Positions 18,278 through 27,535 of a DNA stretch of 64,000 nucleotides are shown here, piece by piece. Position 1 is the stretch's first letter, and each line of letters begins with the position of its first letter. Under the pieces are notes generated by a model that did no database searches, was not told the DNA's origin, and was given only the letters and a program-made list of their open reading frames with translations. The translations under genes and the position numbers were made by a program. This stretch comes from Acidimicrobiales bacterium (lineage in GTDB: Bacteria > Actinomycetota > Acidimicrobiia > Acidimicrobiales > Aldehydirespiratoraceae), in NCBI GenBank assembly GCA_965116485.1, contig OZ220692.1, positions 1,443,279 through 1,507,278 on the forward strand, read 5' to 3'.

Positions 18278-19513
18278 GTGAAGCGTCGCCTCCTTCGCCT
18301 CGCGCGCCGCTGGCGCGCGGTCATAGGCAGAGACGAACGCGCCTATCGTGACAGCTTCGTCGCCTTGGTGCTCTCGGCGATAACAAGCCTGGTTGCCGGT
18401 GTGACCCTGGCCACGACCACAGACACCCTCGAAGAACTGCCCGGCCTGCTGCTGTTGGTACCGGCCGCGCTGGCCGTGAAGGGCAATGTGTTCGGCGCCT
18501 TGGGGAGCAGGCTCGGTACCAGCATTCATGCGGGCACGTTCCGGCTGAGTCCGCGCCTCGACTCAGCCGTCGGTCAGAACATCGCCGCGGCGATGCTCCT
18601 CAGCTTGGTGATATCGGTGCTGATCGCGGTGCTGGCGAAGGGGGTGGCGATCGTCTTTGCGGTGTCGCCGACCATGTCGCTGGCGGATTTTGTTGTCGTG
18701 TCGTCGCTGGGCGGCCTGCTCGCCTCTGTTTTCATGTTGGCGATCACGCTGCTGCTGGCCAACGGCTCGGGGCGTTTCGGGTGGGACCTGGACAACGTGG
18801 TATCGCCGTTGGTGACCGCCGCGAGCGACCTGATGAGCCTCCCGGCACTCATCGTTGCCGCGCAACTCGCCGGTGTGGGTGTGTTCACTTCGGTCACCGC
18901 TGCGGTGCTGGCGGTTGTGTCGGTCGGCGGAGTGGTGTGGTCGCTGACAACGAGCCGTCGTCTGCTGGGCGCAATCGTGCGCGAATCGATTCCGGTGCTG
19001 GCTCTGGCCGGGCTGCTGGACCTGATCGCGGGGATCACCATCGAGAAGCGGCTCGACGATCTTCTCGAGTACCCGGTGTTGCTGGTGCTGCTTCCTGGAT
19101 TCCTGGGTACCGCCGGTGGACTCGGGGGCGTGCTTTCGAGCCGTCTTGCGACCAAGGTCCACCTGGGTCTGTTGCATCCCGGACCCGTTCCCCGGGGGTC
19201 TGCCGGGGCAGACATCGCGATGATCTTCGGATTGTCGATCCCGGTGTTCGCGATCACCGGAGCTGTCGCCGAGCTGGGCGGGGTGTTGACCGACCAGGCC
19301 AGTCCCGGCCTGCTCGACCTGGTGGCAGTGGCCCTGGTCGGTGGTTTGTTGGCGACGTTCTGCGTTGTGATCGTCGCCTACTACACGACGATCGTCGCCG
19401 TCAGGTTCGGGCTCGATCCCGATACTCACGGCATTCCGATGGTGACTTCGTCGCTGGATTTCGTGGGTGCTTTCACCCTGATTCTGGCCATCGTGGCCGT
19501 CGGAGTGGCTTGA
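18278..19513 (+). CDS. MgtE/SLC41-type divalent cation transporter (two membrane repeats, no cytosolic CBS domains)
   Basis: PAALAVKGNVFGALGSRL / DLDNVVSPLVTAASD and GGLGGVLSSRL / LDPDTHGIPMVTSSLD repeats. Confidence 0.85.
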   Translation: MKRRLLRLARRWRAVIGRDERAYRDSFVALVLSAITSLVAGVTLATTTDTLEELPGLLLLVPAALAVKGNVFGALGSRLGTSIHAGTFRLSPRLDSAVGQNIAAAMLLSLVISVLIAVLAKGVAIVFAVSPTMSLADFVVVSSLGGLLASVFMLAITLLLANGSGRFGWDLDNVVSPLVTAASDLMSLPALIVAAQLAGVGVFTSVTAAVLAVVSVGGVVWSLTTSRRLLGAIVRESIPVLALAGLLDLIAGITIEKRLDDLLEYPVLLVLLPGFLGTAGGLGGVLSSRLATKVHLGLLHPGPVPRGSAGADIAMIFGLSIPVFAITGAVAELGGVLTDQASPGLLDLVAVALVGGLLATFCVVIVAYYTTIVAVRFGLDPDTHGIPMVTSSLDFVGAFTLILAIVAVGVA

Positions 19514-19563
19514 GTCATGAAGCGCGCCTCTAGGGTATTGAAACATAAGGGAGTAACGAGATA

Positions 19564-20787
19564 ATGGACGACAGACCGCGCAACCTGCGGGAGATGCTCG
19601 CCGCCGCCAAGGACAAGTCTGAGCTGATGGTCGATCTGGCGTACGCCGCGCTGTTCTTCGGCGACCCGGACATGGCCGAGGAGATCGCCGATCTGGAAGA
19701 AGACATGAGCCACCTGGTTCACGACATGCGCGGCGTGTGCGTGATGGCTGTGCGGCACCCGCGGGAGTCCGAGGGGATGTCGTCGGTGCTGCAGGTGATC
19801 TCGGCGATCGAGCGCATCGCCAACGACGCCGTCGACATCGCCCGCATCGTCACCCACAAGCTCGGTATCCCAGCGGAGCTGGTGGCCGATCTCTCTGCGG
19901 CGGAGGAAGTGAGCCACCGGGTGCTGGTCTCGCCGTTGTCGAGGCTCACCCACCGCCCCCTGCGCGACCATGAACTCCCTGTTCAGACGGGCATGCGAGT
20001 GATGGCGGTGCGTCGCCGGCATTGGATCACCGATGTAGACGGCGACACGGTGCTGATCCCGGGAGACGTCCTGTTCCTCCGCGGCTCACCCGACGGAATC
20101 GGGCCGTTGAGAGAACTGGCCGGCGCTGAACCCTGGCAAGCTCCGCAACTGCCCGAAGATCCATTCGTCACCGACCTGGACCGAGCGGTCGATGTGCTGG
20201 TTGAGATGAAGAACCTCAGCGAAGTTGCGGTCGGCCTGGCATATTCCTCCCTCGTCCTGGGCGATCTCGGGCTCGCGGCCGAGGTGCGTCACATCGAGGA
20301 TCGCCTCGATGAGATGAAGGACCGCCTCGAGCTCTGGGTGCTGCGGGCGGCGTCGGAGAAGGTAGACCCTTCACCGCTGCGAGGCCTGCTCCACCTTTCC
20401 CAGGCTGCTGAAGACATCGGTGACCAGGCCCAGGCCATGGTCTGGTTGATCGAGAAACAAGAAGACGTCCACCCGGTGCTCGAGCTGGCTCTGGGCGACA
20501 GTGATGAGGTGGTGATCCGGGTGCCGGTTCGTGCCGGCAGCGAAGCAGACGGCCGGCTCCTCGCCGAAATGCGGCTCAACATCGAGCCCGGATTCACAGT
20601 CCTGGCCATCCGGCGCGGCGAACAGTACGTGTACCGCCCCCGCGGCCGTGCGAGGCTCGTTGCCGGAGACGAGCTGATCGCCAGCGGTCCCGACGAGGGG
20701 CGGGAACTCCTCGCCCGGCGCTGCGGATGGCTTTTGATCGACCCCGCCGGAGACGGAGAAATGGAGCTCGAGCCGGTCTCTGGCTGA
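19564..20787 (+). CDS. Tandem PhoU + TrkA-C (RCK-C) protein, repeated twice
   Basis: SELMVDLAYAALF and SEVAVGLAYSSL PhoU-like helices, each followed by an RCK-C-like segment (VMAVRR; VLAIRRG). Confidence 0.82.
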   Translation: MDDRPRNLREMLAAAKDKSELMVDLAYAALFFGDPDMAEEIADLEEDMSHLVHDMRGVCVMAVRHPRESEGMSSVLQVISAIERIANDAVDIARIVTHKLGIPAELVADLSAAEEVSHRVLVSPLSRLTHRPLRDHELPVQTGMRVMAVRRRHWITDVDGDTVLIPGDVLFLRGSPDGIGPLRELAGAEPWQAPQLPEDPFVTDLDRAVDVLVEMKNLSEVAVGLAYSSLVLGDLGLAAEVRHIEDRLDEMKDRLELWVLRAASEKVDPSPLRGLLHLSQAAEDIGDQAQAMVWLIEKQEDVHPVLELALGDSDEVVIRVPVRAGSEADGRLLAEMRLNIEPGFTVLAIRRGEQYVYRPRGRARLVAGDELIASGPDEGRELLARRCGWLLIDPAGDGEMELEPVSG

Positions 20788-20811
20788 CAGCGGGACGCTA
20801 GATTTCATCGG

Positions 20812-21672
20812 ATGCACAGTTCTTTCAGGCTGCTGTCGATCCATGCGCACCCAGACGATGAAGCGTCCAAGGGCTCGGCCACGGTCGCCAAGTACAAGTC
20901 GATGGGAGTGCGAACGGTGCTCGTGTGCTGTACCGGCGGAGAAGAGGGCGAAATCCTCAATCCGGCCATGGACCGGCCCGAAGTGAGGGACAACCTCGGC
21001 CGAGTACGTCACGCAGAGCTCGCCCGGGCCGCTGAGATCATCGGTTACGACACCGTGCATATGCTCGGTTACCGCGATTCGGGCATGGCCGACACTGAGG
21101 CCAACTCGAATCCTGACTGTTTCGCCGCGGCGCCGTTCGACGAGGTGGTCGACCGCCTGGTCGCGCTGTTGAGACAGGAGCGACCGCATGTGGTGATCAC
21201 ATACCCCGATGAGCAGGGCGCCTACAACCACCCGGACCACGTGCGTGTACACGACATCACCCACCCGGCCGTGGAGCTCTGCGCGGACGCGGCGCATCGC
21301 CCCGACCTGGGCGCCGAATGGTCGGTGCCGAAGGTCTACTACTCGAGTTGGTCGCGCGCTCGCATCGAAGCGAGGCATCAAGCGTTCCTGGACCTCGGTC
21401 TGGAGTCGCCCTACGACAAGCGCTGGTTCGAACAGCCAGACACGGACCACAACATCACCACGAAGGTTCCGGTCGACGGCTTCACAGAGGTGCGACGCGA
21501 GGGGCTGCTCGCGCATGCCACACAGATCGATCCCGAATCACCGTTCTGGTTCGGACTGCCCATCGAGATTGATCTCGCGTTGTATCCGGTCGACGATTAC
21601 CGCCTGGCCCGCCCGAAGTGGAACGGTGATCAGCCCGCCGAGACTGATCTCTTCGCGGGCATCGAACCCTGA
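20812..21672 (+). CDS. mca: Mycothiol conjugate amidase (PIG-L family)
   Basis: HAHPDDEASKG, CCTGGEEGEILNPAM, YNHPDH, ALLAHATQIDP-type motif. Confidence 0.85.
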   Translation: MHSSFRLLSIHAHPDDEASKGSATVAKYKSMGVRTVLVCCTGGEEGEILNPAMDRPEVRDNLGRVRHAELARAAEIIGYDTVHMLGYRDSGMADTEANSNPDCFAAAPFDEVVDRLVALLRQERPHVVITYPDEQGAYNHPDHVRVHDITHPAVELCADAAHRPDLGAEWSVPKVYYSSWSRARIEARHQAFLDLGLESPYDKRWFEQPDTDHNITTKVPVDGFTEVRREGLLAHATQIDPESPFWFGLPIEIDLALYPVDDYRLARPKWNGDQPAETDLFAGIEP

Positions 21673-22070
21673 TGCAGCTCTTCGACCAGGAATGGATAGC
21701 GGCGGCGAACGAAGCGCTCGCCGGGCTGCCCGTCGTTGATGGGGTTGACGCTGTCATCGAATACACGATCAGCGGACGGCCCGTCGGCCGTGTGACTCTG
21801 ACGGTCACGTTCGTCGATGGGGTCTTTTCGGGTATAGCCCAAGGCAAGGCGGACCGCAGCGAGTCCGGAGGGGCCGATATTGCGATATCGATGAACTATC
21901 CGGATGCCGTGGCAATTCTGTCGGGAGAGTCGACCAGCGACGCCGGGTACATGAGCGGAGCGGTGAAAGTTGAAGGCGACTATCCGCTCTGGCTTCTCGA
22001 CCTGCGACCGGCGCGTGTCGCCGCGATCGATGCGCTCGCTGCGGTGATGGCGCGGACTTCCAGCGGGTGA
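21672..22070 (+). CDS. SCP2 sterol-binding-domain protein
   Basis: LFDQEWIAA, AYMSGAVKVEGD-like motif; TGATG overlap with mca. Confidence 0.72.
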   Translation: MQLFDQEWIAAANEALAGLPVVDGVDAVIEYTISGRPVGRVTLTVTFVDGVFSGIAQGKADRSESGGADIAISMNYPDAVAILSGESTSDAGYMSGAVKVEGDYPLWLLDLRPARVAAIDALAAVMARTSSG

Positions 22071-22077
22071 GCTTGCG

Positions 22078-22941
22078 CTACCGGCGTGATCGCTGAAGGT
22101 CCCGCAACGCTGCGAAGCCGATGAGTTGAGCGCCGCTTCTGGCAATACGGGCGGGAAGAGAGCGATCAGTCAACACCGCGAGGTCGTTCATTCGGGCAGT
22201 CGCGGAAGGATCGATGGCTCGGATTTCCTCGGCGGCGATTGCGGGTTCGAACGCCACGACCGTCACCCCGGGTGCCAGGTTGTCGAGGACGGCAGAGAAA
22301 TGAGCCTCTGCACCGCCTCGCACCAGGCGGAAGTGGTCCGGAGTGACGACCCCAGCTTCGCGGGCGAGGTCGCGGAACGGGAAGCCGGCGGCGGCCTGCG
22401 CCGCGGGCCCTTCGAGACGAAGCGGAAGGTTCGCCTCGATCGCGATGTCCAGCAGAACGTCGAAGAACTCGGGCCTTTGCTGAAGGGCGTTCAGATGGGT
22501 GCTCAGATGCGTTGCGTCGAGTCCCCACAGCGTCGCCCGCTCCAGTTGGGCCCGGCACTCCCGGCGGACCTCATCGGCATCGGCGTGGTCCCAGAGATCG
22601 GCGACGGTGCGCGGGAATCCGCCGTCGCCGTCGAGCAGGCTCGGTGCGCTGGTCAGAGGACCCCAACGGAAGCAGTCGAGTTCTGCGTTGAGCGTCAGAT
22701 GCACACCGAAGTCCTCGTCTGGGGCAATGCGATCAACCGCATGGCGCGACCAGGACCCCGGCATCATGACGGTGCCGGTCGTGGCCGCGCCCTCGCGCAC
22801 CGCGCTCAGTCCGCCGGCTGTGGCGGCATGCGTTGAGCCGAGTTGGTCCGCACTGAGGATCAGCAATCGGCTGTCGGCTTGGTATCCGAGCGATCCAACC
22901 AGTGGCTCTACGGTACTTACTTCCACGGTGCCTCCTTCCAC
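22078..22941 (-). CDS. ChbG/HpnK (YdjC)-family deacetylase
   Basis: LLILSADQLG, FGVHLTLNAE, DATHLSTH; start uncertain (22926-22941). Confidence 0.82.
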   Translation of the reverse strand: MEGGTVEVSTVEPLVGSLGYQADSRLLILSADQLGSTHAATAGGLSAVREGAATTGTVMMPGSWSRHAVDRIAPDEDFGVHLTLNAELDCFRWGPLTSAPSLLDGDGGFPRTVADLWDHADADEVRRECRAQLERATLWGLDATHLSTHLNALQQRPEFFDVLLDIAIEANLPLRLEGPAAQAAAGFPFRDLAREAGVVTPDHFRLVRGGAEAHFSAVLDNLAPGVTVVAFEPAIAAEEIRAIDPSATARMNDLAVLTDRSLPARIARSGAQLIGFAALRDLQRSRR

Positions 22942-22975
22942 AGTGCCTCCTTCCAGTGTGCCTCCTTCCAGTGTG
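22920..22975 (+). repeat. 15-bp VNTR (about 3.7 units)
   Basis: CTTCCACGGTGCCTC / CTTCCACAGTGCCTC / CTTCCAGTGTGCCTC / CTTCCAGTGTG. Confidence 0.85.
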
Positions 22976-22986
22976 ACGGTACTGTG

Positions 22987-23529
22987 CTATTCGAGCGGAA
23001 CGTCGGGATTGCCGCAGACTCCCCAGAGCCCGAGCTTCGAGAGCATCGCCTTTTTAGCGGCGCGGTCGAGCAGCTGTTCGTAGTGAGTGTTGGGCGGGTA
23101 GGAGAGAGTGCCTGCGTAACCGCGCTCCACGAGATCGAGGTTGACGAAGAGGTCGTCGTGGCTGCGAACCATGTAGGCCAGCAGCCGGTCGTACTGATCG
23201 CGGGCTTCTTCGTCGAGGATCAGCGTGACGGCCGTGCCCTCGGGAAGAAGGGATTTGAGATAGGCACTCGCCTCGGCGCCGTAGCACTGATTCGGACGGT
23301 TCCTCGCCACGGATTCGGGCGTGTCGATTCCGATCAACCGCACCGTCTCACGCGAGCCTCCGATGTCAGCGATCACTGTGTCGCCGTCGATGACCTCGGA
23401 GACGGTCGCGTTCGGGATCAGTCCCGCCGGTGAGGATGCAGGTATCGAACTCGGAGCGGATGTGGAGCTGCCGTGGGTGCAACTCGCCGGTGCCAGCAAC
23501 AACAGAATTGCGAACGCAGCGGGTTTCAT
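22987..23529 (-). CDS. Thermonuclease (SNase) family secreted/lipoprotein
   Basis: VIDGDT, VRLIGIDTPE, DQYDRLLAY, NLDLVERGYA; signal peptide from MKPAAF at 23529. Confidence 0.92.
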   Translation of the reverse strand: MKPAAFAILLLLAPASCTHGSSTSAPSSIPASSPAGLIPNATVSEVIDGDTVIADIGGSRETVRLIGIDTPESVARNRPNQCYGAEASAYLKSLLPEGTAVTLILDEEARDQYDRLLAYMVRSHDDLFVNLDLVERGYAGTLSYPPNTHYEQLLDRAAKKAMLSKLGLWGVCGNPDVPLE

Positions 23530-23631
23530 GGTGGTTGATTTAAATATATTCAAGCTTATACAATGGTTTTCCACTACTGAGTAGTGTGGCCGGCGTATGT
23601 GACAGCCGCTGTGAAGTGGAACAATCAGCAG

Positions 23632-24612
23632 ATGTCGACGACCACCCCCACGCACCGTTACGGAATGACCGTTCCGTTCGACGGAACACCCCTGCACCTG
23701 CAACAGTCGCGTTTTCGACGGCTCGAAGCGCTCGGCTATACCGACTTGTGGTCGGCTGAGGCGATGGGGGCCGACGGACTCACGCCCCTGGCGCTGGGAA
23801 GCGTGTGGACTCCCTCGATGAGGCTCGGCACCGCGATTCTCGGGGCTTACACCCGAGGCCCGGGCCTGATGGCACAGTCCATAGCGGGCATGGCATCGGC
23901 TGCGCCCGGGCGTTTCGTCGCGGGGATCGGCTCGTCCTCCGATGTCATCGTCGAGCGTTGGAACGGAATTCCCTTCGAAGCGCCTTACCAGCAGACTCGA
24001 GACATTGTGCGGTTTCTGAAAGCCGCGCTTTCGGGCGAGAAGATCAGCGAGGACTACGAGAGTTTCTCGATCAGGGGATTCCGCCTGGGGCTCGTCCCCG
24101 AACAGCCCGTGCCCATCCTGGTGGCCGCGCTGCGTGAGGGGATGCTGCGCATGGCGGGGCGCGAGAGTGACGGCGCGATCATCAACTGGCTGTCAGCGGA
24201 CAATGTCTCCACTGTGGCGGGGATTGTTCGCGCCGAGAATCCTGATGCGGAAATCGTCGCGCGTATCTTTGTGGCCCCCACGCCCGACCGGGAAGCGGCC
24301 CTGTCTACGGGCAAGTTCACGGCCGCCGCGTACCTGAATGTGCCCGTCTACAAGGCTTTCCATGAGTGGATGGGCCGTGGCGACGCCTTGGGAGAGCACT
24401 GGGAACAGTGGGCCGCAGGCGACCGTCGCGCAGCGTTGGACAAGATCCCGGACCACATCATCGACGAATTGATCGTGCATGGCAGCCCCGACGAGTGCCG
24501 GGCCCATATCCAGCGCTACATCGACAATGGAGTCACGTGCCCCGCGTTGGCTGTCATGCCGTTCCCGGGCGTCGACGTAGATGAGGCAATCGAGGGCCTG
24601 GCGCGTTGCTGA
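23632..24612 (+). CDS. LLM-class F420-dependent oxidoreductase
   Basis: GYTDLWSAE, MRLGTAIL, GRFVAGIGSS, AGRESDG. Confidence 0.9.
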   Translation: MSTTTPTHRYGMTVPFDGTPLHLQQSRFRRLEALGYTDLWSAEAMGADGLTPLALGSVWTPSMRLGTAILGAYTRGPGLMAQSIAGMASAAPGRFVAGIGSSSDVIVERWNGIPFEAPYQQTRDIVRFLKAALSGEKISEDYESFSIRGFRLGLVPEQPVPILVAALREGMLRMAGRESDGAIINWLSADNVSTVAGIVRAENPDAEIVARIFVAPTPDREAALSTGKFTAAAYLNVPVYKAFHEWMGRGDALGEHWEQWAAGDRRAALDKIPDHIIDELIVHGSPDECRAHIQRYIDNGVTCPALAVMPFPGVDVDEAIEGLARC

Positions 24613-24655
24613 TTGCCGGGCTCGTTGCTGATTGCCGGGCGTGGCCGGAGCCGCG
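24605..24655 (+). repeat. Dispersed hairpin repeat, locus B
   Basis: GTTGCTGATTGCCGGG twice, then CGTGGCCGGAGCCGCG; the first copy contains the LLM gene's TGA. Confidence 0.85.
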
Positions 24656-24677
24656 GGAACTGGCGCGTTGCGGGTGG

Positions 24678-25451
24678 TCAGCTGAGCAGGGACGCTTGGA
24701 GCTTCTGCATTCCGGTCAGCCAGCGCCGGCGGTCGCCGGCTCGACGCTGTTCGTAGAGTGCGACTTCGGGATGAGGGAGGATCAAGAAGTCGTCGTTGGC
24801 CAGACCTATTGCCACCGCTTCGGCAACCTGGGCCGGCTCGATCATGCCCATGGCCTTCACCACCTCTATGGCCAGTTCTCCTTCGGCCTCGGTCATGGGA
24901 GTGCGAACTCCCTGGGGACACAGGCACGAGACGCCAATACCGTGCTCTGCGTAGGTTATGGCGATCCACTCTGCCAGAGCGACGCAGCCATGTTTGGTGA
25001 CGGCATATGGCGCAGTGCCCAGGTTGGTCAGCAGGCCGGCGGCTGATGCGGTGAGCAGCAGGTGCCCACCGCCCCGCTCGATCCAGCGGGGAACAAGATG
25101 ACGCGCGGCGATGACATGGGCCATCACGTTTATGTTCCAGTTGGCGTTCCAGACGTCGTTGTCGAGTTCGACGCCCCCATTGGCGGCGATGCCGGCGTTT
25201 CCGCACCACAGGTCGATGTGTCCGGCCTCGGTTTCGGTGCGTTCGATCAGATCGACGACCGCGGACTCGTCGGTCACGTCGAGCACTTCGCATCGACCGC
25301 CGAGTTCGGCGGCCACAGCGGCCGCGCCGTCGCCGTCTCGGTCGGCAATCACCAGAGTGCCCGCGCCGTCGGCGGCGAAGCGCTGAGCCATGGCCCGGCC
25401 GATCCCACTGGCCGCTCCCGTAACTACGATTGTTGCCCCTTTTGTGTCCAT
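24678..25451 (-). CDS. SDR-family oxidoreductase
   Basis: VVTGAASGIG, NAGI, YAVTK. Confidence 0.93.
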   Translation of the reverse strand: MDTKGATIVVTGAASGIGRAMAQRFAADGAGTLVIADRDGDGAAAVAAELGGRCEVLDVTDESAVVDLIERTETEAGHIDLWCGNAGIAANGGVELDNDVWNANWNINVMAHVIAARHLVPRWIERGGGHLLLTASAAGLLTNLGTAPYAVTKHGCVALAEWIAITYAEHGIGVSCLCPQGVRTPMTEAEGELAIEVVKAMGMIEPAQVAEAVAIGLANDDFLILPHPEVALYEQRRAGDRRRWLTGMQKLQASLLS

Positions 25452-25569
25452 GGCCGGATGGTAAGCAGATTTTCGTTAAACGCAACGCGCCGGCTGTCAC
25501 ATTGCGCGAGTATGGTTGCTAACGACACGAGCCGATCCCGGCCCGAGATATCAAGGGAGGTTGCGGACA

Positions 25570-25752
25570 ATGACTGAAGCCATTGACGGCGTGCAGATCG
25601 AAGAGGCGCTGGGAATCATCGACCATGGCCTTGGTGACTTCATCAAGCGCGAGTTGTTGACGAGCGCGGAAGTCGCCGACCTCCTCCTTGATCTTCGTTC
25701 AGTTCTCACCTTCGTGGCCGTGGAGCCCACCGAACCCGCCAGTTCCAACTAA
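25570..25752 (+). CDS. Small hypothetical protein (60 aa)
   Basis: GGGAGG RBS before ATG 25570; amphipathic helical sequence MTEAIDGVQIEEALGIID. Confidence 0.65.
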   Translation: MTEAIDGVQIEEALGIIDHGLGDFIKRELLTSAEVADLLLDLRSVLTFVAVEPTEPASSN

Positions 25753-25778
25753 TACCGAGCTGTCCGCCGAACGGGCCG

Positions 25779-26321
25779 CTAGGGGAGAAGGCGCCGCGCG
25801 ATCTTGCCGAATACGGCGCCGATGACCAGGCCCCCCAGCACGTCTGATGCGTGATGAATGCGCACATGCAATCGGCTTGCGGCAACCACCGCGCCCAGCG
25901 TGTACCACATCGGGCCCCCGGTCCGGCGCGACAACAGAGCGGCGGCGAGCATGGCTGCCGACGCGTGCCCGCTCGGGAAGCTGCTGGTCGATGGTTGACG
26001 CAGATTGAGAGGCCGAGGCGACGGTTGTGAGGGTCGGCCACGACCGAAGAGCGATTTGATCGGCCCGTTCAACAGCGCGGACTCGACGCCGAGAGCAGCG
26101 CTCAATCCTATGGCGATCTTCGGGTCGTCCTCGATGATCGCCTGCGCCACGCCGAGGGTGTGCCACAGCAGGGAGAAGTCCGCCGCCTCTGAAGCGCTGT
26201 AGAAGATCCGGTCGACGAGCGGCTGGTTGCGCCATTGTTCCCACCATTGGTCGACGACCTCGTCGAGGCGGTCGATGGTGTCGCTGAACTTGCTCATGGG
26301 CTCGCTCGTCGGTTCGTTCAT
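25779..26321 (-). CDS. PAP2-family phosphatase
   Basis: KSLFGRGRP, SSFPSGHA, SRLHVRIHHASDV; ATG 26321 overlaps the upstream stop (ATGA). Confidence 0.9.
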   Translation of the reverse strand: MNEPTSEPMSKFSDTIDRLDEVVDQWWEQWRNQPLVDRIFYSASEAADFSLLWHTLGVAQAIIEDDPKIAIGLSAALGVESALLNGPIKSLFGRGRPSQPSPRPLNLRQPSTSSFPSGHASAAMLAAALLSRRTGGPMWYTLGAVVAASRLHVRIHHASDVLGGLVIGAVFGKIARRLLP

Positions 26322-27535
26322 GGTGTGGAGCGTAGATGCCGTTGGTAGGCACCGGGACCGGTGAACATTTTTCGCTTCCAACGCCTCGGTGTGACGAGCA
26401 GGGCTCGGGGATAGTCCTCGAACATCCAACGAGAGAAGTTGCGCCTCGTCCAAGGCGTTGCGCCGGTGAGCCTGAGCACTCCGCGAGTCACCCAAGGCCG
26501 AGCCAACAATGGGATCAAGGCCCGGGCCATGCGGTCGTCGGCTGCGAGTTCTTGCCGCACCGCCTTCGCGTAGTGCGCTGTCGGGTCGTCGTGGGCCAAT
26601 ACCGATTCTGCGGCGAGCCGGCCTGTGAGCAGCCCCTGTCCGATGCCCTCGCCGGTCATCGGGTCCGTGACTGCGGCGGCGTCGCCGACGAACATCGTGC
26701 GAGGCCCGACAAGTGGGACACGACCGATCCGCGCGGGGATCGGCCAGGCCTTGTGGGGGGCCTCCGCAACCGCTTCTGCGCCCAGGGCTCGTTGTATGTG
26801 GGGTCTGGCAAGAAGATCAAGCCACAGTTGTTTCATGTCGCCGACTGTGTGCCGTCCTCCCCGGCGGATACCGAAACCGACGTTCGCCCGACCTCTCCCC
26901 AGAGGGAAGGACCAAGCGTAGCCGGGCAGAAGGTCGGGCTCGAACCAGACGATCAGTTGCTGTTCGGCCTGGCCGGTGACGTCGCGGTAGTACTGGCGGA
27001 AGGCGTGCCATTCACCGAGGTATTGGTCGACCCCCAGCCCCAGCGATTTGCGAACCGGCGACCACATGCCGTCGGCGGCGATCAGATTCGAGGCCCGAAT
27101 ACGGCGCCCTTTGGTTCTGCTTGTGAGCACCTCGATGGCGTCGCCCGTTACTTCGGCGCCGGTCACAGTGCATTCCGGCTCGACACGAGCACCGGCGGCC
27201 CGTGCCAGTTCCAGCACCGCGGCATCCAGATCCATTCTCGGTACCACCGCGGCGTGAAATCCGGGTCCGTCCGGCAGGGGATAACACGTTTCGGTGCCCG
27301 AAGGTGATCGCACGGCCACGTCGCGAACCACGTTCCAAGATTCGATCTCGCCCGGGTCCAAGCCCAAGAACTCGAGTTCGCGGAGCGCGAGGGCGGTGAG
27401 GCCGTCCCCGCAGCATTTGTCCCGTGGAAACGCTGCCTTGTCGACGAGCAGGACGTCGCGACCCGCCCGTGCCAGGACAATCGCTGCGGCCGATCCGGCC
27501 GGACCCCCGCCGACGACGACTGTCTCAGCTCTCAC
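26318..27535 (-). CDS. Geranylgeranyl-reductase family flavoprotein (MenJ-like)
   Basis: VVGGGPAGSAAA, FPRDKCCGDG, GDAAAVTDPMTGEGI. Confidence 0.9.
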   Translation of the reverse strand: MRAETVVVGGGPAGSAAAIVLARAGRDVLLVDKAAFPRDKCCGDGLTALALRELEFLGLDPGEIESWNVVRDVAVRSPSGTETCYPLPDGPGFHAAVVPRMDLDAAVLELARAAGARVEPECTVTGAEVTGDAIEVLTSRTKGRRIRASNLIAADGMWSPVRKSLGLGVDQYLGEWHAFRQYYRDVTGQAEQQLIVWFEPDLLPGYAWSFPLGRGRANVGFGIRRGGRHTVGDMKQLWLDLLARPHIQRALGAEAVAEAPHKAWPIPARIGRVPLVGPRTMFVGDAAAVTDPMTGEGIGQGLLTGRLAAESVLAHDDPTAHYAKAVRQELAADDRMARALIPLLARPWVTRGVLRLTGATPWTRRNFSRWMFEDYPRALLVTPRRWKRKMFTGPGAYQRHLRSTP

